Shown here in pieces: positions 38,201-50,062 of a stretch of 64,000 bases of DNA. Positions within the stretch are counted from its first letter, which is position 1; each line of letters opens with the position of its first letter. The translations under genes and the position numbers were made by a program. The notes beneath the pieces were generated by a model. It searched no databases, was not told the DNA's origin, and was given only the letters and a program-made list of their open reading frames with translations. Source of the DNA: Hormiphora californensis (taxonomy: Eukaryota; Animalia; Ctenophora). The stretch covers positions 8,804,001 to 8,868,000 of the forward strand of contig CM035350.1 of assembly GCA_020137815.1 (NCBI GenBank), given 5' to 3'.

Positions 38201-41200
38201 TTCTGCTGCTAAGAACATATAAGAACAGCTGATCCTAGCCGCTGTTAGGAACATGCACTCATGCACTTCCTTCTCGTCTGGAAAGGCCCTAAAATCTCTA
38301 TACATAAACACAACCCCTTGTCATACCACGCACCTGTAATATGCATACGCTGTACCGTTTGGAGAGGGAAGTCGTTTGGGACTCAAATAACCTCTAAATC
38401 CCTTTCATCTCAGGCGTTGTATTGGCTTCATGGATATGATAGGAAAATGTTCGATGATCTCTCCGGAAGGTATTTATGGTGCCGTGGTTGTTTTTTAACC
38501 CCAATATCCCCCCCAGTAGGCAGTATCCCATCATTTGTTAACCCTGCCGGCCGCCCCAAATGACCTGTCAATTGTTAATCCCGCCCCCAATATCCTATCA
38601 TTAACATTTCCCAGGTATGTAGAGACAGCCCAGACCACCTACCAGACTGTCCTACAAGAGTACTTCAACGACAAAACTTCAGCAGTCACCAAGAAATCTG
38701 CCGACAAGCTGCTGTCTAAATTCAGTTCCAATCCCAAGAAATCTGACCTGGCGATTAGCCAAAAGATGATGACCTCCAACAACCTGATGATCGCATCCCA
38801 AGTCTCCATGGCATCCAATACCTCCCTGGACTCCATCACGTCTGGCAGGTCGGATCAGGAGGTGTTGGCTGTGGGCCAGGGTGGCAACCAGTTCGAGGTT
38901 CTTGTCAGGGAGGCCCTCGACTTTACTGAGATGTCCATGGAAAAGGAGGAACAGTTTGTTGAAAACTTCTTCCGGGAGACCAAGACACCCAGAGAGAGAC
39001 GAGATCTGGTGGAGATGATATTGTGTCGGTTTGGATCTCAATGGGACGACTTTGTCCATACCAGCTGCAAGTTTGATATCTACTACTCATTGCCAATCTT
39101 CCTGAGCTTGCTAGATAAACTTGACAATTTATCCAGGGAGAGCTTCGCATTTGCAGTTTTTAGGAAAAACCTGGATGTCGCTAATGATTATTTCAACAAA
39201 ATGTACAAGGTATAATTATGGCTGTAAACTTCAACATTTGTTAGCAACCTATTTTAGTAATATAATTTAAATTCTTTGAAGTTTTGTACAAACTTGATGG
39301 TGATCAAAAAATCCTATTTTTTTAGCAACATAAAACCAAGATACTGGAGGTGAATAAGAAGTTAATTCGTGGAACTCTTGCAAGTGTTTTACATTTTACC
39401 CAATTTCTTCTGTTTTCTGAATCTCTCCAGAGAACTACAAAACGCAACTCAATAGGTGAGGTGTTTAGATACACATTATATATGTCGAGTCTCGCAGTCT
39501 GTGTATACTGTATTAACAAGAAATGATGTATGTGTGTGTCACCATGTGTAATGTGATATGTAATGATAATGTAACTATGAATGATTGCATGTTGCTACAG
39601 ATCAGTGTTACATTCAACTCTCCAACGCTGTCACGGAGTCCATTGATTCCTTTGCTGGCCAACAAACCAAGGTACATGCAATCAATTGATAAAATGCTGC
39701 TGCTTTAATCAATCAATTGATAAAATGCTGCTGCTTTAATCAATCAATTGATAAAATGCTGCTGCTGCTGGAATGTTGTCAATGTGTTATACCAGCTGTG
39801 TTAAATTAAACAGAGTTTTAGTATGTGTACCATCTTCATGTTCCTATCTTCCCCTAGCTGCCTGTTGAGGTCGTTATTGTGGAGAATTACCACTTTATCT
39901 ACACGTTCCTACTGAAAAACAAGATAGAGAGTCTCGACAAATACCGATCGGTGAGTGAGGAAGGTTCCCCAATCAGGGCTCTATCCTAGTAGCAGGAATC
40001 AGGGCTCTATCCTAGCACCTCGAATTAAGGCTCTATCCTAGCACCTCGAATTAAGGCTCTATCCTAGTAGCAGGAATTAGGGCTCTATCCTAGTAGCAGG
40101 AATCAGGGCTCTATCCTAGTAGCAGGAATCAGGGCTCTATCCTAGCACCTCGAATTAAGGCTCTATCCTAGTAGCAGGAATCAGGGCTCTATCCTAGTAG
40201 CAGGAATCAGGGCTCTATCCTAACACCTCGAATCAGGGCTCTATCCTAGCACCTCGAATTAAGGCTCTATCCTAGTAGCAGGAATTAGGGCTCTATCCTA
40301 GTAGCAGGAATCAGGGCTCTATCCTAGTAGCAGGAATCAGGGCTCTATCCTAGCACCTCGAATTAAGGCTCTATCCTAGTAGCAGGAATCAGGGCTCTAT
40401 CCTAGTAGCAGGAATCAGGGCTCTATCCTAGCACCTCAAATCAGGGCTCTATCCTAGTAGCAGGAATCAGGGCTCTATCCTAGTAGCAGGAATCAGGGCT
40501 CTATCCTAGCACCTCGAATCAGGGCTCTATCCTAGCACCTCGAATCAGGGCTCTATCCTGGTAGCAGGAATTAGGGATCTATCCTAGTAGCAGGAATCAG
40601 GGCTCTATCCTAGTAGCAGGAATCAGGGCTCTATCCTAGTAGCAGGAATCAGGGCTCTATCCTAGTAGCAGGAATCAGGGCTCTATCCTAGTAGCAGGAA
40701 TCAGGGCTCTATCCTAGCACCTCGAATCAGGGCTCTATCCTAGCACCTCGAATCAGGGCTCTATCCTAGTAGCAGGAATCAGGGCTCTATCCTAGTAGCA
40801 GGAATCAGGGCTCTATCCTAGCACCTCGAATCAGGGCTCTATCCTAGCACCTCGAATCAGGGCTCTATCCTGGTAGCAGGAATTAGGGATCTATCCTAGC
40901 ACCTCGAATCAGGGCTCTATCCTAGCACCTCGAATCAGGGCTCTATCCTAGTAGCAGGAATCAGGGCTCTATCCTAGTAGCAGGAATCAGGGCTCTATCC
41001 TAGTAGCAGGAATCAGGGCTCTATCCTAGTAGCAGGAATCAGGGCTCTATCCTAGCACCTCGAATCAGGGCTCTATTATTTTCAGCCAGTTTTCACAACT
41101 CCCTTGAATACAAGAACAAATTAATAAATCTTTGAAATTTGAACCCTTTCTAGTTTTGCCACAAGAGATATAAAGACAGTCTAGAGGAGTATGTTAAAGC

Positions 41201-41978
41201 GTATCTAACTTTACCCCTGGAGCGAATAAACGTGTTCTTTTGCGGTGTCCAGAACAAACTGGACTCTGGTGTCCGTGTCACTGAGGTAACTACAAGATAT
41301 TGGGTCCCATTGGAGTTTAATTTAGTTGGTAAAGTTGGCCATGAAACTTTACTGATGAGTGATAAATATACATTTTATTTGTTTTTCAGATTGGTTTCGA
41401 CCCTGAGTTCTCTAAGCAGAAGCTGAAAGCTCTGATTGGAGAATACTCTGTGAAGGAGCTCAAAAAGGGAGTGGAGGCTGTCATGAAAAAGATAGAAAAA
41501 CACTTTAGCAAAGACAAAAACTTGTTTATGGTAAGTTATTTCTCAATCTGTGAGAGTTTGTACGGGGCAGGTCAATAAAAAAAAGTATTCAGCATTCCAT
41601 CCATTGCTGTAAACCACACACAGAATTCCAGGGCAGAAGAGTTGACATGTATCATGTTTGTAGCGCGCGATACCTCCTAAACAGACACATCTGCGCAGAT
41701 GTACGCGCGCCACACCTTTTCCTGGTTCCAAGTCCATTTTGTGTCACTGTGTGACATGTGTCACGTGTCACACAGCTCTTCACTTGACAGGTCACTATAC
41801 ATTTAGTAACCCCCGACTGTTATAGGTGGCCTGTCTGACGGTACAAGCAGAGTTGATCAAACAGGTGGAGGGACACGAGAAACTGATGAAAAATTGTTAT
41901 CCGGGGGCCGGTCTGAATTTCAACTTTACTGTGGCCCAAATTCATGGAATTTTCGACAAGAAGAGTCCAAAACAATAA
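32263..41978 (+). CDS. EXOC1: Exocyst complex component 1 (Sec3), multi-exon
   Basis: N-terminal PH-like HALQCFF..KKAKVFL, YQVKK, KWSIDTPQTRRNFLISLWKL; ELSGLTKANIHSIMS; VVENYHFIY; C-terminal KKIEKHFS..LFMVACLTVQAELIKQ..CYPGAGLNFNFT. Confidence 0.92.
34666..37176 (-). CDS. Intronless secreted LPMO-like (histidine-brace) protein with four PAN/apple modules, nested antisense in EXOC1 intron 34426-38414
   Basis: Signal MLCFVLLLVPMVTG then HGNMIFPP (His1 at 37134-37132), ANHGGGYQYRLC, EYVLSWRWDNDQTPQIWNTCSSI. Four C-x3-C-x5-C..C(W/F)LK modules joined by Asp-rich linkers. TATAAATA about 50 bp upstream. Confidence 0.85.
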   Translation of the reverse strand: MLCFVLLLVPMVTGHGNMIFPPVFQDFSSVGLKFHNMYLNHGGFIGCGRNDPSEGVENSCVLQWYNNYTTIPGDITLRSEMRTFATHQVSQRNPWGAPGTAKVYSPCGVSGGNPEGCPVGNKVNKDCTGGGHSYGAYAEKYYSDRDVPTTNWPRGSVQNTAYTLSANHGGGYQYRLCKVGSAGRAGVTEECFQETPLKFYGSVQWAAWTENEADWKPIAAKDTNVGTVPAGSTWRVNPIPACEYDHGGFLNDDNSCPAGTQFEPPYPGLKGFSITYKGISNVFKWAVVDKVVVPRDLALGEYVLSWRWDNDQTPQIWNTCSSIQVTEAEEAASQRETTCDFTKSANKAFHGADLVNGLELLLESEEDCAAKCLENSKCVAYSWVHAAGSGKWYQSCWLKESGYEEKDDTNVNSGYIADLSCNGEGSDGNDGNDEDDDDDDDDDGSDGEICSYVPDDSYCYHGNDLVDGRNAPQDTRTECEARCSETDTCVAYSWVDNEDLKSTEWWHSCWLKTEGYEKKEEANCASGYIKCEKKDDGNDDGNDDDGNDGNDGEICSYVPDDSYCYHGNDLVDGRNSPQDTRTECEARCSETDTCVAYSWVDNEDLKSTEWWHSCWLKTEGYEKKEEANCASGYIKCEKKDDGDDDDDDDDDTSSDYERGYKEGYAAGFADGKAEDDDEEEEAACEWSDLSDQALIGNTLSTSSAANLEACKDSCTATETCEGYMFVPNKKAAKALLSADSTITGSAKSLTSACFLKSDLTGKAAAEGVNGGVCEKKPTAFRMRVRRSKDPVVWEMSSDAGHGSASYLKARDYEPVNWELQGDPKDKDIIKEGHIGM
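39971..41076. repeat. 26-bp minisatellite, about 42 copies, two interspersed variants
   Basis: aatcagggctctatcctag followed by either tagcagg or cacctcg; lies in an EXOC1 intron. Confidence 0.95.
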
Positions 41979-42010
41979 AATTATTGATCAAAGAACTATT
42001 GATACAGTTA

Positions 42011-42404
42011 GGGTCACCACACACCAAAGTTAAAATTAAAATTAAAATTTGACGTTTTTGGTCATAACTCTGCCATTTCTTGGCAAAATTGCTTCATTTT
42101 GGGCTTGTTGGAAAGAGGGCATCGAGCCCGTTCTGAACAGCCCAAGAAACTTAAAATCGGCGCAAAGTGCGCGGCGTTAAGGCACATAATGCGTGCGTTA
42201 AAATTTTAAAATTTTAACACACACATTTTGCACTGTAACGCCGCACACTTTGCGCCGATTTCAAGTTTCTTGGGCTGTTCAGAACGGGCTCGATGCCCTC
42301 TTTCCAACAAGCCCAAAATGAAGCAATTTTGCCAAGAAATGGCAGAGTTATGACCAAAAACGTCAAATTTTAATTTTAATTTTAACTTTGGTGTGTGGTG
42401 ACCC
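42011..42404. mobile_element. About 394-bp near-perfect palindrome (foldback MITE, TA flanks)
   Basis: gggtcaccacacaccaaag...ctttggtgtgtggtgaccc, with arms pairing almost to the centre. Confidence 0.9.
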
Positions 42405-42668
42405 TAAACTGTTTGTGAAAATCAAAACATCGGGATTAATATTTGATAATAATCTGCTGCCTTATTATTTATTCTGAGTTTATGTGTATTTGTATTGTAA
42501 CTGGATTTGTACTTTTTCTTTTTTCTTCTTCCAAATTGAAACCTTTTCTCGTGTTCCCCCCACCTCCAATTCAATGCCAAAAACGGTTAATTCACAGTTG
42601 ATAACTTAACTTAGGAAACTCAGACACAAACTACAATATACAAAACTTTCAGAGTCTATGATCTCTCT

Positions 42669-43943
42669 TTATACATTGTGTCCTAGACGTTTCCTAGCAT
42701 CGGGGCTCCTATTTTCCTCATTTATCAGATTCGTCTGCCACTCATATGTCGCTGGACCATCCTCCTCGGGTCGTACCCAGTTATCAAAGTTGCTTATACA
42801 ATCAAACCCGTCAGTGAGCCAAGGAAGGAGCCAAGTTGGGTTGGTCCAAAGTAGGTAGCCCTGGAGGAGAACGGTTAGAGTAGGAGTTAGGACAATCCTA
42901 GGAAACTGTGATCTCTAATTACACAGAAACAATCCGTCGGCCGTACCTGGAAAAAGGCAAATCCCATCATGATCGAACGGAAAAGAGGCCACCGGTTGGG
43001 TCGTCTGCTCTCGTAGAAGGGAGGGAAGTGTTTTGGCCAGTTCTCGGGATGCTCCATGTCAATCTGGTGGAGAGGGGAGGGGGTGCGTTATGTGGAAGAG
43101 GAGGGGTGGAGAGGGGAGGGGATTTGGGAAGGGGTGCGTTATGGGAGAGGGGAGGGGATTTGGGAGGGGGTGCGTTATGGGAGAGAGGAGGGGATTTGGG
43201 AGAGGGTGCGTTATGGGAGAGGGGAGGGAATTTGGGAGGGGGTGCGTTATGGGAGAGAGGAGGGGATTTGGGAGGGGGTGCGTTATGGGAGAGAGGGGAG
43301 GGGATTTGGGAGGGGGTGCGTTATGGGAGAGAGGAGGGGATTTGGGAAGGGGTGCGTTATGGGAGAGAGGAGGGGATTTAAGAGGGGGTGCGTTATGGGA
43401 GAGAGGAGGGGATTTGGGAGGGGGTGCATTATGTGGAAGAGGAGGGGTGGCCGGTGGGGTGAGAGGAAGGGGATAAGAGAGGGGGTGCGTTATGGGAGAG
43501 AAGAGGGGATAAGAGAGGGGGTGCGTTATGGGAGAGGGGAGGGGATTTGGGAGGGGGTGCGTTATGGGAGAGTGGAGGGAATTTGGGAGAGAGGAGGGGA
43601 TTTGGGAGAGAGGAGGGAATTTGGGAGGGGGTGCGTTATGGGAGAGAGGAGGGAATTTGGGAGGGGGTGCGTTGTGGGAGAGAGGAGGGAATTTGGGAAG
43701 GGGTGCGTGAAGGTGGTTGGTGTTATGAGTTACTCTCCACACAATCTCTCCAACTCTAACCTTGAGGTGGGGAGGGTACCGGCCATCATTTTCAATCAGC
43801 AGCTCCTCGTGTGGTACAGGTGGTTTCTTGAATCCTGGGATTTTCCTTAGTTTCCGGTACTCGAAGGTGTTACCGGTGACATTTCGAACAAGGACTAGGT
43901 TGACAGTGTGCTTTGCACACACCGCACTTCGCCCCAACAACAT
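42669..43943 (-). CDS. 163-aa single-TM protein with presequence-like N-terminus; putative NDUFB8-like complex I subunit
   Basis: Exons 43943-43761, 43063-42947, 42860-42669 splice in frame (GT-AG): basic N-terminus, KPPVPHEELLIENDGRYPPHLKID, then hydrophobic LFRSIMMGFAFFQGYLLW. The gene is well supported; its identity is tentative. Confidence 0.6.
43075..43707. repeat. G-rich about 36-bp minisatellite in an intron
   Basis: gggagagaggaggggatttgggagggggtgcgttat repeats. Confidence 0.9.
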
Positions 43944-44118
43944 CCTATACAGGCGGGGAGTAAGTTAACGGAATAATATTAGCGGGAAAGGGGGTGTCAA
44001 CAGAAAGTGGTATTGGCTAAAACGGGGGAGTTGGTTGGAAAAACGAATGGTCTCGTCATGTGTTGAAAATTTCAATAAATTAGGTCTAAAACAGTTAAAA
44101 TAATGTCCAAAACATCTC

Positions 44119-47100
44119 TCACGCCTGGCCTCGTTTCTTTCGATATTTCAGATCGTTCGCTTCGCCCTGTTCCTTACTCAGGAATCCCATAATTTCATTA
44201 ACCTTCCTCTTCCTTGCCTTATCAGAATCTGACTGATCTTTGTGTTTCAGTCTGTTTATAAACTTGCTGTCCTTCCTTATCTCCCTCACTGCACCCTTCA
44301 TCTCACTCTTGATCTTCTTCTTCAGATGTGTAGTCTCGTCCTTCGTCTTCCTCTCTCTCACCCAGACCTCACCAAACTTGGGCTCGTACATTTTAATACT
44401 GACAGGTTTGTTGTTCTCATAACGGAGGAAGGGCATAGTTTTCTGGCTATACTGTTGGTGAAGGGAGGACAGAGTAGATATGAGGGATGAACAATCAGAG
44501 TGGGCCTGAGAGGTGTCTATCGACTGTAGGGACTGGATCAGAGAGTGGAAGACACCGGAAAATCCTGTGTAATCGTGGTAGCTGCGCATAGCAGCACGAA
44601 TTGTACACAGGAGGCCGTAAAGAACATCACCGCCAGGGGTGTCCTTGGAGTGGAGAGAGGTAAAGGAAAGAGGCTGAGGTCTCGTCCCTGCCTCCGATGT
44701 TAGAAGAGAGGATTTGAAAGAGAAATTGGAGACATACTCACAACTTTTACCCGCTACCCGGTGCACGGTTTGTGATAGGAAATAGACAGCATCGGGAGAA
44801 TAACGTCCTTTAGAGATACGGATTATAAAATTGCAAATGTACAGGCCTAACTTGAGGTCTGCGATGGTCCTGATACCACATGTGGACAAGGCCCACCCTA
44901 GGACCATTAAAACAGGAGTCAGGATAGGATGTTTGTAGTCTGTTACTGGGTACAGCCGTTCCATCAGGTACAGATAGATGATATTGCGTCGTGCAAACAC
45001 CCCTGAAAGGCTCTTACCCCCGGCAGTTTCCACTGTAACTTTTAGGGAGTTGAAGAAGTCAAAAAAGTGTGTATAGACGTGACGGGCAACATGTTTAGTC
45101 AGATTAAACAGCTCGAGAGTAACTGATTCTAGGAGCTGCCTGGTCAGTGTTCCCTCCGTGTACCGTTTTGCAAGATACTTAATCAGCAGCACATACAAAA
45201 CTGCCGTTTTGCCTTTATTATCCTCCTTGAGTGTAGGGAAATTGGAGGCTATGATTCGTTTGATTATCGTCACCTTGATTCCATCATCCCGAGATCCAAA
45301 TAGTTCCACTAGGTCGGTGTAGTGTTCTGGAGCCTCGATTACAAAGGGAATATCTTGGTTTTTACCACTCAAATCAGCATGTTCCTCCTGTTCCACTTCC
45401 TCTCCTCCCTCATCATCATCATCTCCATCATCCTCAGCAACTATCTCGTCTTCAAACACACAGTTGTCTTCCAATGCCTGCACAGAAATGCAAAGTGAGT
45501 GTATGCGCGCCGCAGAAAGCGCGCGAAAATGAGTGTACTTTGCAAGAGTTAGAGTTGTGTGGAGAATGTTGTGTGGCATACCTCACTGATCGCTGGCAGT
45601 GGACCTGTTTCCTTTTCTTCATCAGATTCCTCTTCTTCTTCTTCATCATCACTTGCTTCTTCACCTTCTTCTCCCTCCCCTTCACTCTCCTCGCTCTCTC
45701 CGTCATCACTATCCTCCTCACCGCTCTCTTCTTCACTGTCTTCTTCACCTGGGAATATCAAGTAGTGGACAAAACTTGGAACAAGATGCCAACTATGATC
45801 ATGTATCCTATCATTGCAGTTATTGCGACCGTACTTTGCTCAGCGTTTTTATTCGCCAGGGATTCCACAGCATCGTCAAACTCTTCATTTTTGTTCATTT
45901 TCCCCGATTTATCATAACTAATCATTATCTTTTCCTTCTTTTTCATGGCAGTTTTGGATAGTAATGCATCTGCTGAACCATTCTCAACGTCCCCTGAGGA
46001 TCCTTTTTGGGTCCGGGCCACCCTCTCAGCCTCTAACCTCTCTAACAACTCTCGTCTCTCCCTGAAAGAAGTTTATTATATGTTCGCAAAAGGCAAGCTT
46101 CCCCTCGTCCGACCCGAAGTTGGAATCATATGGGTTTAGTTTGTCGAACCGGCAAGTTGCTAACATGTTTCAAATCTTCACTACTTCTCAAATGATCCCA
46201 TACTTTCAGTCTAATCCCAAAATCCTATTAAAAATAGAGACAAAAATAACGGCACCAAACTGTGAAATGCCCTTGCATTAGTGCGAGTAGAATAAAATCA
46301 ATTTTCTATCTAAAGGCCGAGTTTATAGCAAGAAAGGACTATTTTACAACGAATTCTCTGGTTAGTATGGTAACCAACTCCGTTGTCATGGTAAATCAAT
46401 CGAACTCTATCGAGTTCTATCGCCAGCAAATGGATGAAAATTTATCCATTTCATTATGCACAATGCACAGGCTTTGGTTACGAAGTTACCCCTTGCCAGC
46501 GTGTGCACGCGAAATTGGTGCAGGGGCAAAAGTTTTAATTGATTATAGTTAATTAACTAATTAGAAAATCAAAAATCCGGCTCCGTTATGACTCGTAGTT
46601 ATACTACTAGAACATACATGCAAAGTTTCATTTCGAAATTTCAAACGGTGTGGCCACAGTTTGAATATCAAAGTTGCAAAAAATGTGCAGGGGCAAACAA
46701 AATGGTGCAGGGGCAAATGTTCAGGGGAAAATTGCACAAATTGTGCAGGGGCAAATTTTAATTAATTTGCCTATAATTAATTACCTAATTGATATATTAA
46801 TCATACGGCTCTTCTAGTACTCGTAGTTATGCTACTAGAACATGCATAGAAAGTTTCGTGTCAAAATATTAAACGGTGTGGACACAGTTCGATCGCAATT
46901 TTGGTGCAAGGGCAGCCCCTGAACCATTTGCCCTTGCACATTGCCTGCCCCTGCACCAAATTCCATTTTTTGCACGGCTCTAACTAACTAATTAATTAAT
47001 TTTGACTATTCCCACTTTTCGAACATCATCTTTTATGATTGAAGAACATTCCTACAAAGTTTCAAGTCGATATTTTAAGCAGAACGGAAAATAGAATTTG

Positions 47101-48929
47101 GTGCAGGGGCGCGGTGCAGGGGACAGAACACGCAATGTGCAGGGGCACGGTGCCCCTGCACCATTTTTAATAACCTATAATTAATTAATTAATTAAAAAT
47201 TCAAAAATCCGCCAACGTCATGACACAAAGGAATACTACAAGAACATGCCTACAAAATTTCAAGTCGATATCTCAAACGGTGTGGCCACAATCGTTGACA
47301 TGTTTTTTTGCCCCCCCCCCCCCCCCAAAAAAAGACTTTTCTTTGTTCTTAATAGGGCCGGCATTTTTGGGTTTTTGTGCAGGGGCAAAAAATTTTTTTT
47401 CTTTTTTTCGTTTTTGCTGTTTTCTTCGGGTCGGAGGTGCCTGCCGGCACCTAAATAAAGAAAGTTATTCTGGTTGATATTTTGGGGGTTACTTTATTCA
47501 ATTCTGCGATATGAGTTGGAGTCACTACTACTGACTCAGTACTCAGTAGTCACTACTACTTTAACGGTGGGCGGACTCTAGTGCTAACGGACTCTATATC
47601 TAAACCCAAGGAGGACTCTATATCTAACCCTAACCTTCACACTAACCCCTAACCTCGAACCCAAATATCAGCCCTAACACTTCTAAACGAGTATAGAGGC
47701 ACAGCAAACTCTCGTTTCCGGCCTAACGGCCGAAATATCGAGTTCGCTTTTCGTGATTTTAGCACTAGATTCCGCTTACCTACTTTACTTTAATTACTGA
47801 CTCTCTTACTTGGCAAGCTCTTCCTCTGTCTTCAACCGATCGGTAGGTTTAGCCTTAGTTTCGAATATCAGTTCCCTCACAGCTGTATCATAGTCGTCCT
47901 TTGCCTTGGTCGGAGCAGGGGGCATGTTGTGAACTAGGATTCCCTGTAATTCCTTCCAGTCGTTATCAAGACCTGTAGTTTCCTCCATCATCGCGTCATT
48001 CTCCCTCTGTCTCACTAGCTGAAAGGGGGGGGGGGTTACACAGCTGGGTTACATCTCTCTGTTTCACTAGCGGGGGAAGGGGGGTTACACAGCTGGGTTA
48101 CATCTCTCTGTCTCACTAGCTGAAGGGGGAGGGGGTTACATCTCTCTGTCTCACTAGCTGAAAGGGGGGGGGGGGTAATATAGGATAAAGTTAAGAGAGG
48201 GGTTGGGCCCGAGGGATGGGCAGAGAACCTACTGCATTTAACTATCAATGATATAACAGCATCCTAAGCCTTATACCTTTTTCATTTTTGACTGAGCCAC
48301 CAGTTCCTCCATAAAATCCTTGCCGCTCATGTGTTTGCTGTCCTCAGATTTAGTAAGGAATCCTCCAAAATGCATGTCAGGTCCGTGCTGCCCCCTTGTC
48401 AGCCTCCTCTTCATCATCAGATCTGTACACGTCATCAAAATCCTCAATTTCATCGATATTCTGGCCCTTGTGAGTTAGGATATCTTCCTCATTTTCATCC
48501 AGATTAAACCGCTGTTTACTGTGGTGTTTTTGTCTCTCTACGGTGAACCTTGCCAACATCTTGTCCTCCACACTCAACTCTGTATTGCCCTCTCCAAACC
48601 TACCATCCACGAAGGTACTCTTCTTGTTTCGCTTCCTGTACTCCTGCCCCAGGGTCTTCTGTCTTTTTTCCAGGGCTTTTGATCGGGAAACACCCGGCAT
48701 TCCGGCCACTTTGCTGTCTTTAACTCCCAGGACATGGTGCTTCTTCTTCTTATGGTGTACCTGCAAGAGGGTGAAGAGAGAGATCATATATACAATTTTA
48801 TTATATTGAAGGGATGAATGAATCACAGAGACCAGAGAAGGAACTTGTTACCTCAAATGGATTAGTTTTCTTGGCTCCTATCTCCTTTTTCCTCTCCCTA
48901 GATTTGTCAACTTTACTCTTCTTGGCCAT
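44119..48929 (-). CDS. NOP14: Nucleolar protein 14 (one apparent frameshift near 48391-48395)
   Basis: TNPFEV, FVDGRFGE..EDKMLARF..RFNL..LTHKGQ, HFGGF, YDTAVRELIFETKAKPTDRLKTEEE, IPFVIEAP, YPVTDYKHPILTP, EMKGAVREIRKDSKF. Confidence 0.95.
46260..47560. mobile_element. Non-autonomous repetitive element in a NOP14 intron
   Basis: Many tgcaggggca motifs and about 200-bp diverged sub-repeats (tactagaacat..aaagtttc..aaacggtgtgg); 46473-46510 recurs inverted at 49431-49465. Confidence 0.5.
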
Positions 48930-49259
48930 CTTGGCAGTCTAATAAACAATAGATAAGGGTTCAGCACGATGATTGTACTTTGTGACAGGCTAATAGGAGT
49001 AATCACGAAAACAGAGAATATTTGTATACCACTGCAGGCCGTAATAAAAGAGACAAGTAATTTTTACAAACCGATTATAAACATTGTTACTCCTCCCCGC
49101 CCTTGGGTTCTCAGACTCTCTCTAATATGATCATTACTCTTGAATGTGTTACACAATGTCTCGTTGTATTATTATTATTCTGATCATTCAGCGGCAAACA
49201 GGTGAGAACAGGTCGGAGGTGAAAAACAAACTGACACAAATACTAAATTGGGGGAAATT

Positions 49260-49971
49260 TTAAAAACAGTCATCGGCCACATCCATACTGTAATACGGCA
49301 TGCCGCGGTCTTGGAAGGCTTTCTTTAACAACTTTTGCCGCTCCTCCTTTTCTTTCAATTCTTCTGCCTGAGGATCGGAACATTAACTATAACTTGGTAT
49401 CGAAGACACCTCACACTCTGTTTAGACCTTCGCGCGTGCTGGCAAGGGGTAACTTCGTAACCAAAATTATAACGCGTCAGAAACAGACATTTTGTAAACT
49501 ATGTAGTGCCGAAGCTGTCCAAAGGATACATTGAACATGTGGCCTGTCTGTCTCATAGTGTGCCAATAAAATAATTGTGTACCCCGCCGCAGATTAAACT
49601 GTGTGATTGTGTAACCGTCTATTATGTATACATATTGTTACCTGTATTTTGAGGATTTCCTCCTGCGATACTTGTTTAAGTTTCTCGAATCCTGGCTTCT
49701 GAAAGTCCGTCTCACCACAAAGCAGAACATTCTCGCCCCGTACCAGGAAGACACCCCTGTCTATATCTCCATACATATCTCTAACATGTATCCTCTCTAT
49801 CGTCTGGGTGAGAAGGAGGTTTGCAAACTGGTCGAGTGATCGGAGGAATCCAATTAGAGTCCGGCCATCTCGTAACACCACCATGACCCGCTTATCGATA
49901 TCTTGGACCAGGGAGGCAGTGCCCGGCAGGTAGAGCATCTCCTGCCCCAAATCATCCACCAGATTCGCCAT
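49260..49971 (-). CDS. LSM1: U6 snRNA-associated Sm-like protein LSm1, 2 exons
   Basis: YLPGTASLVQDIDKRVMVVLRDGRTLIGFLRSLDQFANL..ERIHV..YGDIDRGVFLVRGENVLLCGE; second exon 49367-49260. Confidence 0.97.
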
Positions 49972-50062
49972 GATTCACCTCATTGCTAGCTAACAAAATA
50001 AATTAGTTAAAATAAATTACAATTCGTTAAAAATACTGGTAACAATCACACACACACAATCT

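Noticed and set aside
42908-43850. Gly/Arg-rich plus-strand ORFs
   Set aside because: Translations of the G-rich minisatellite.
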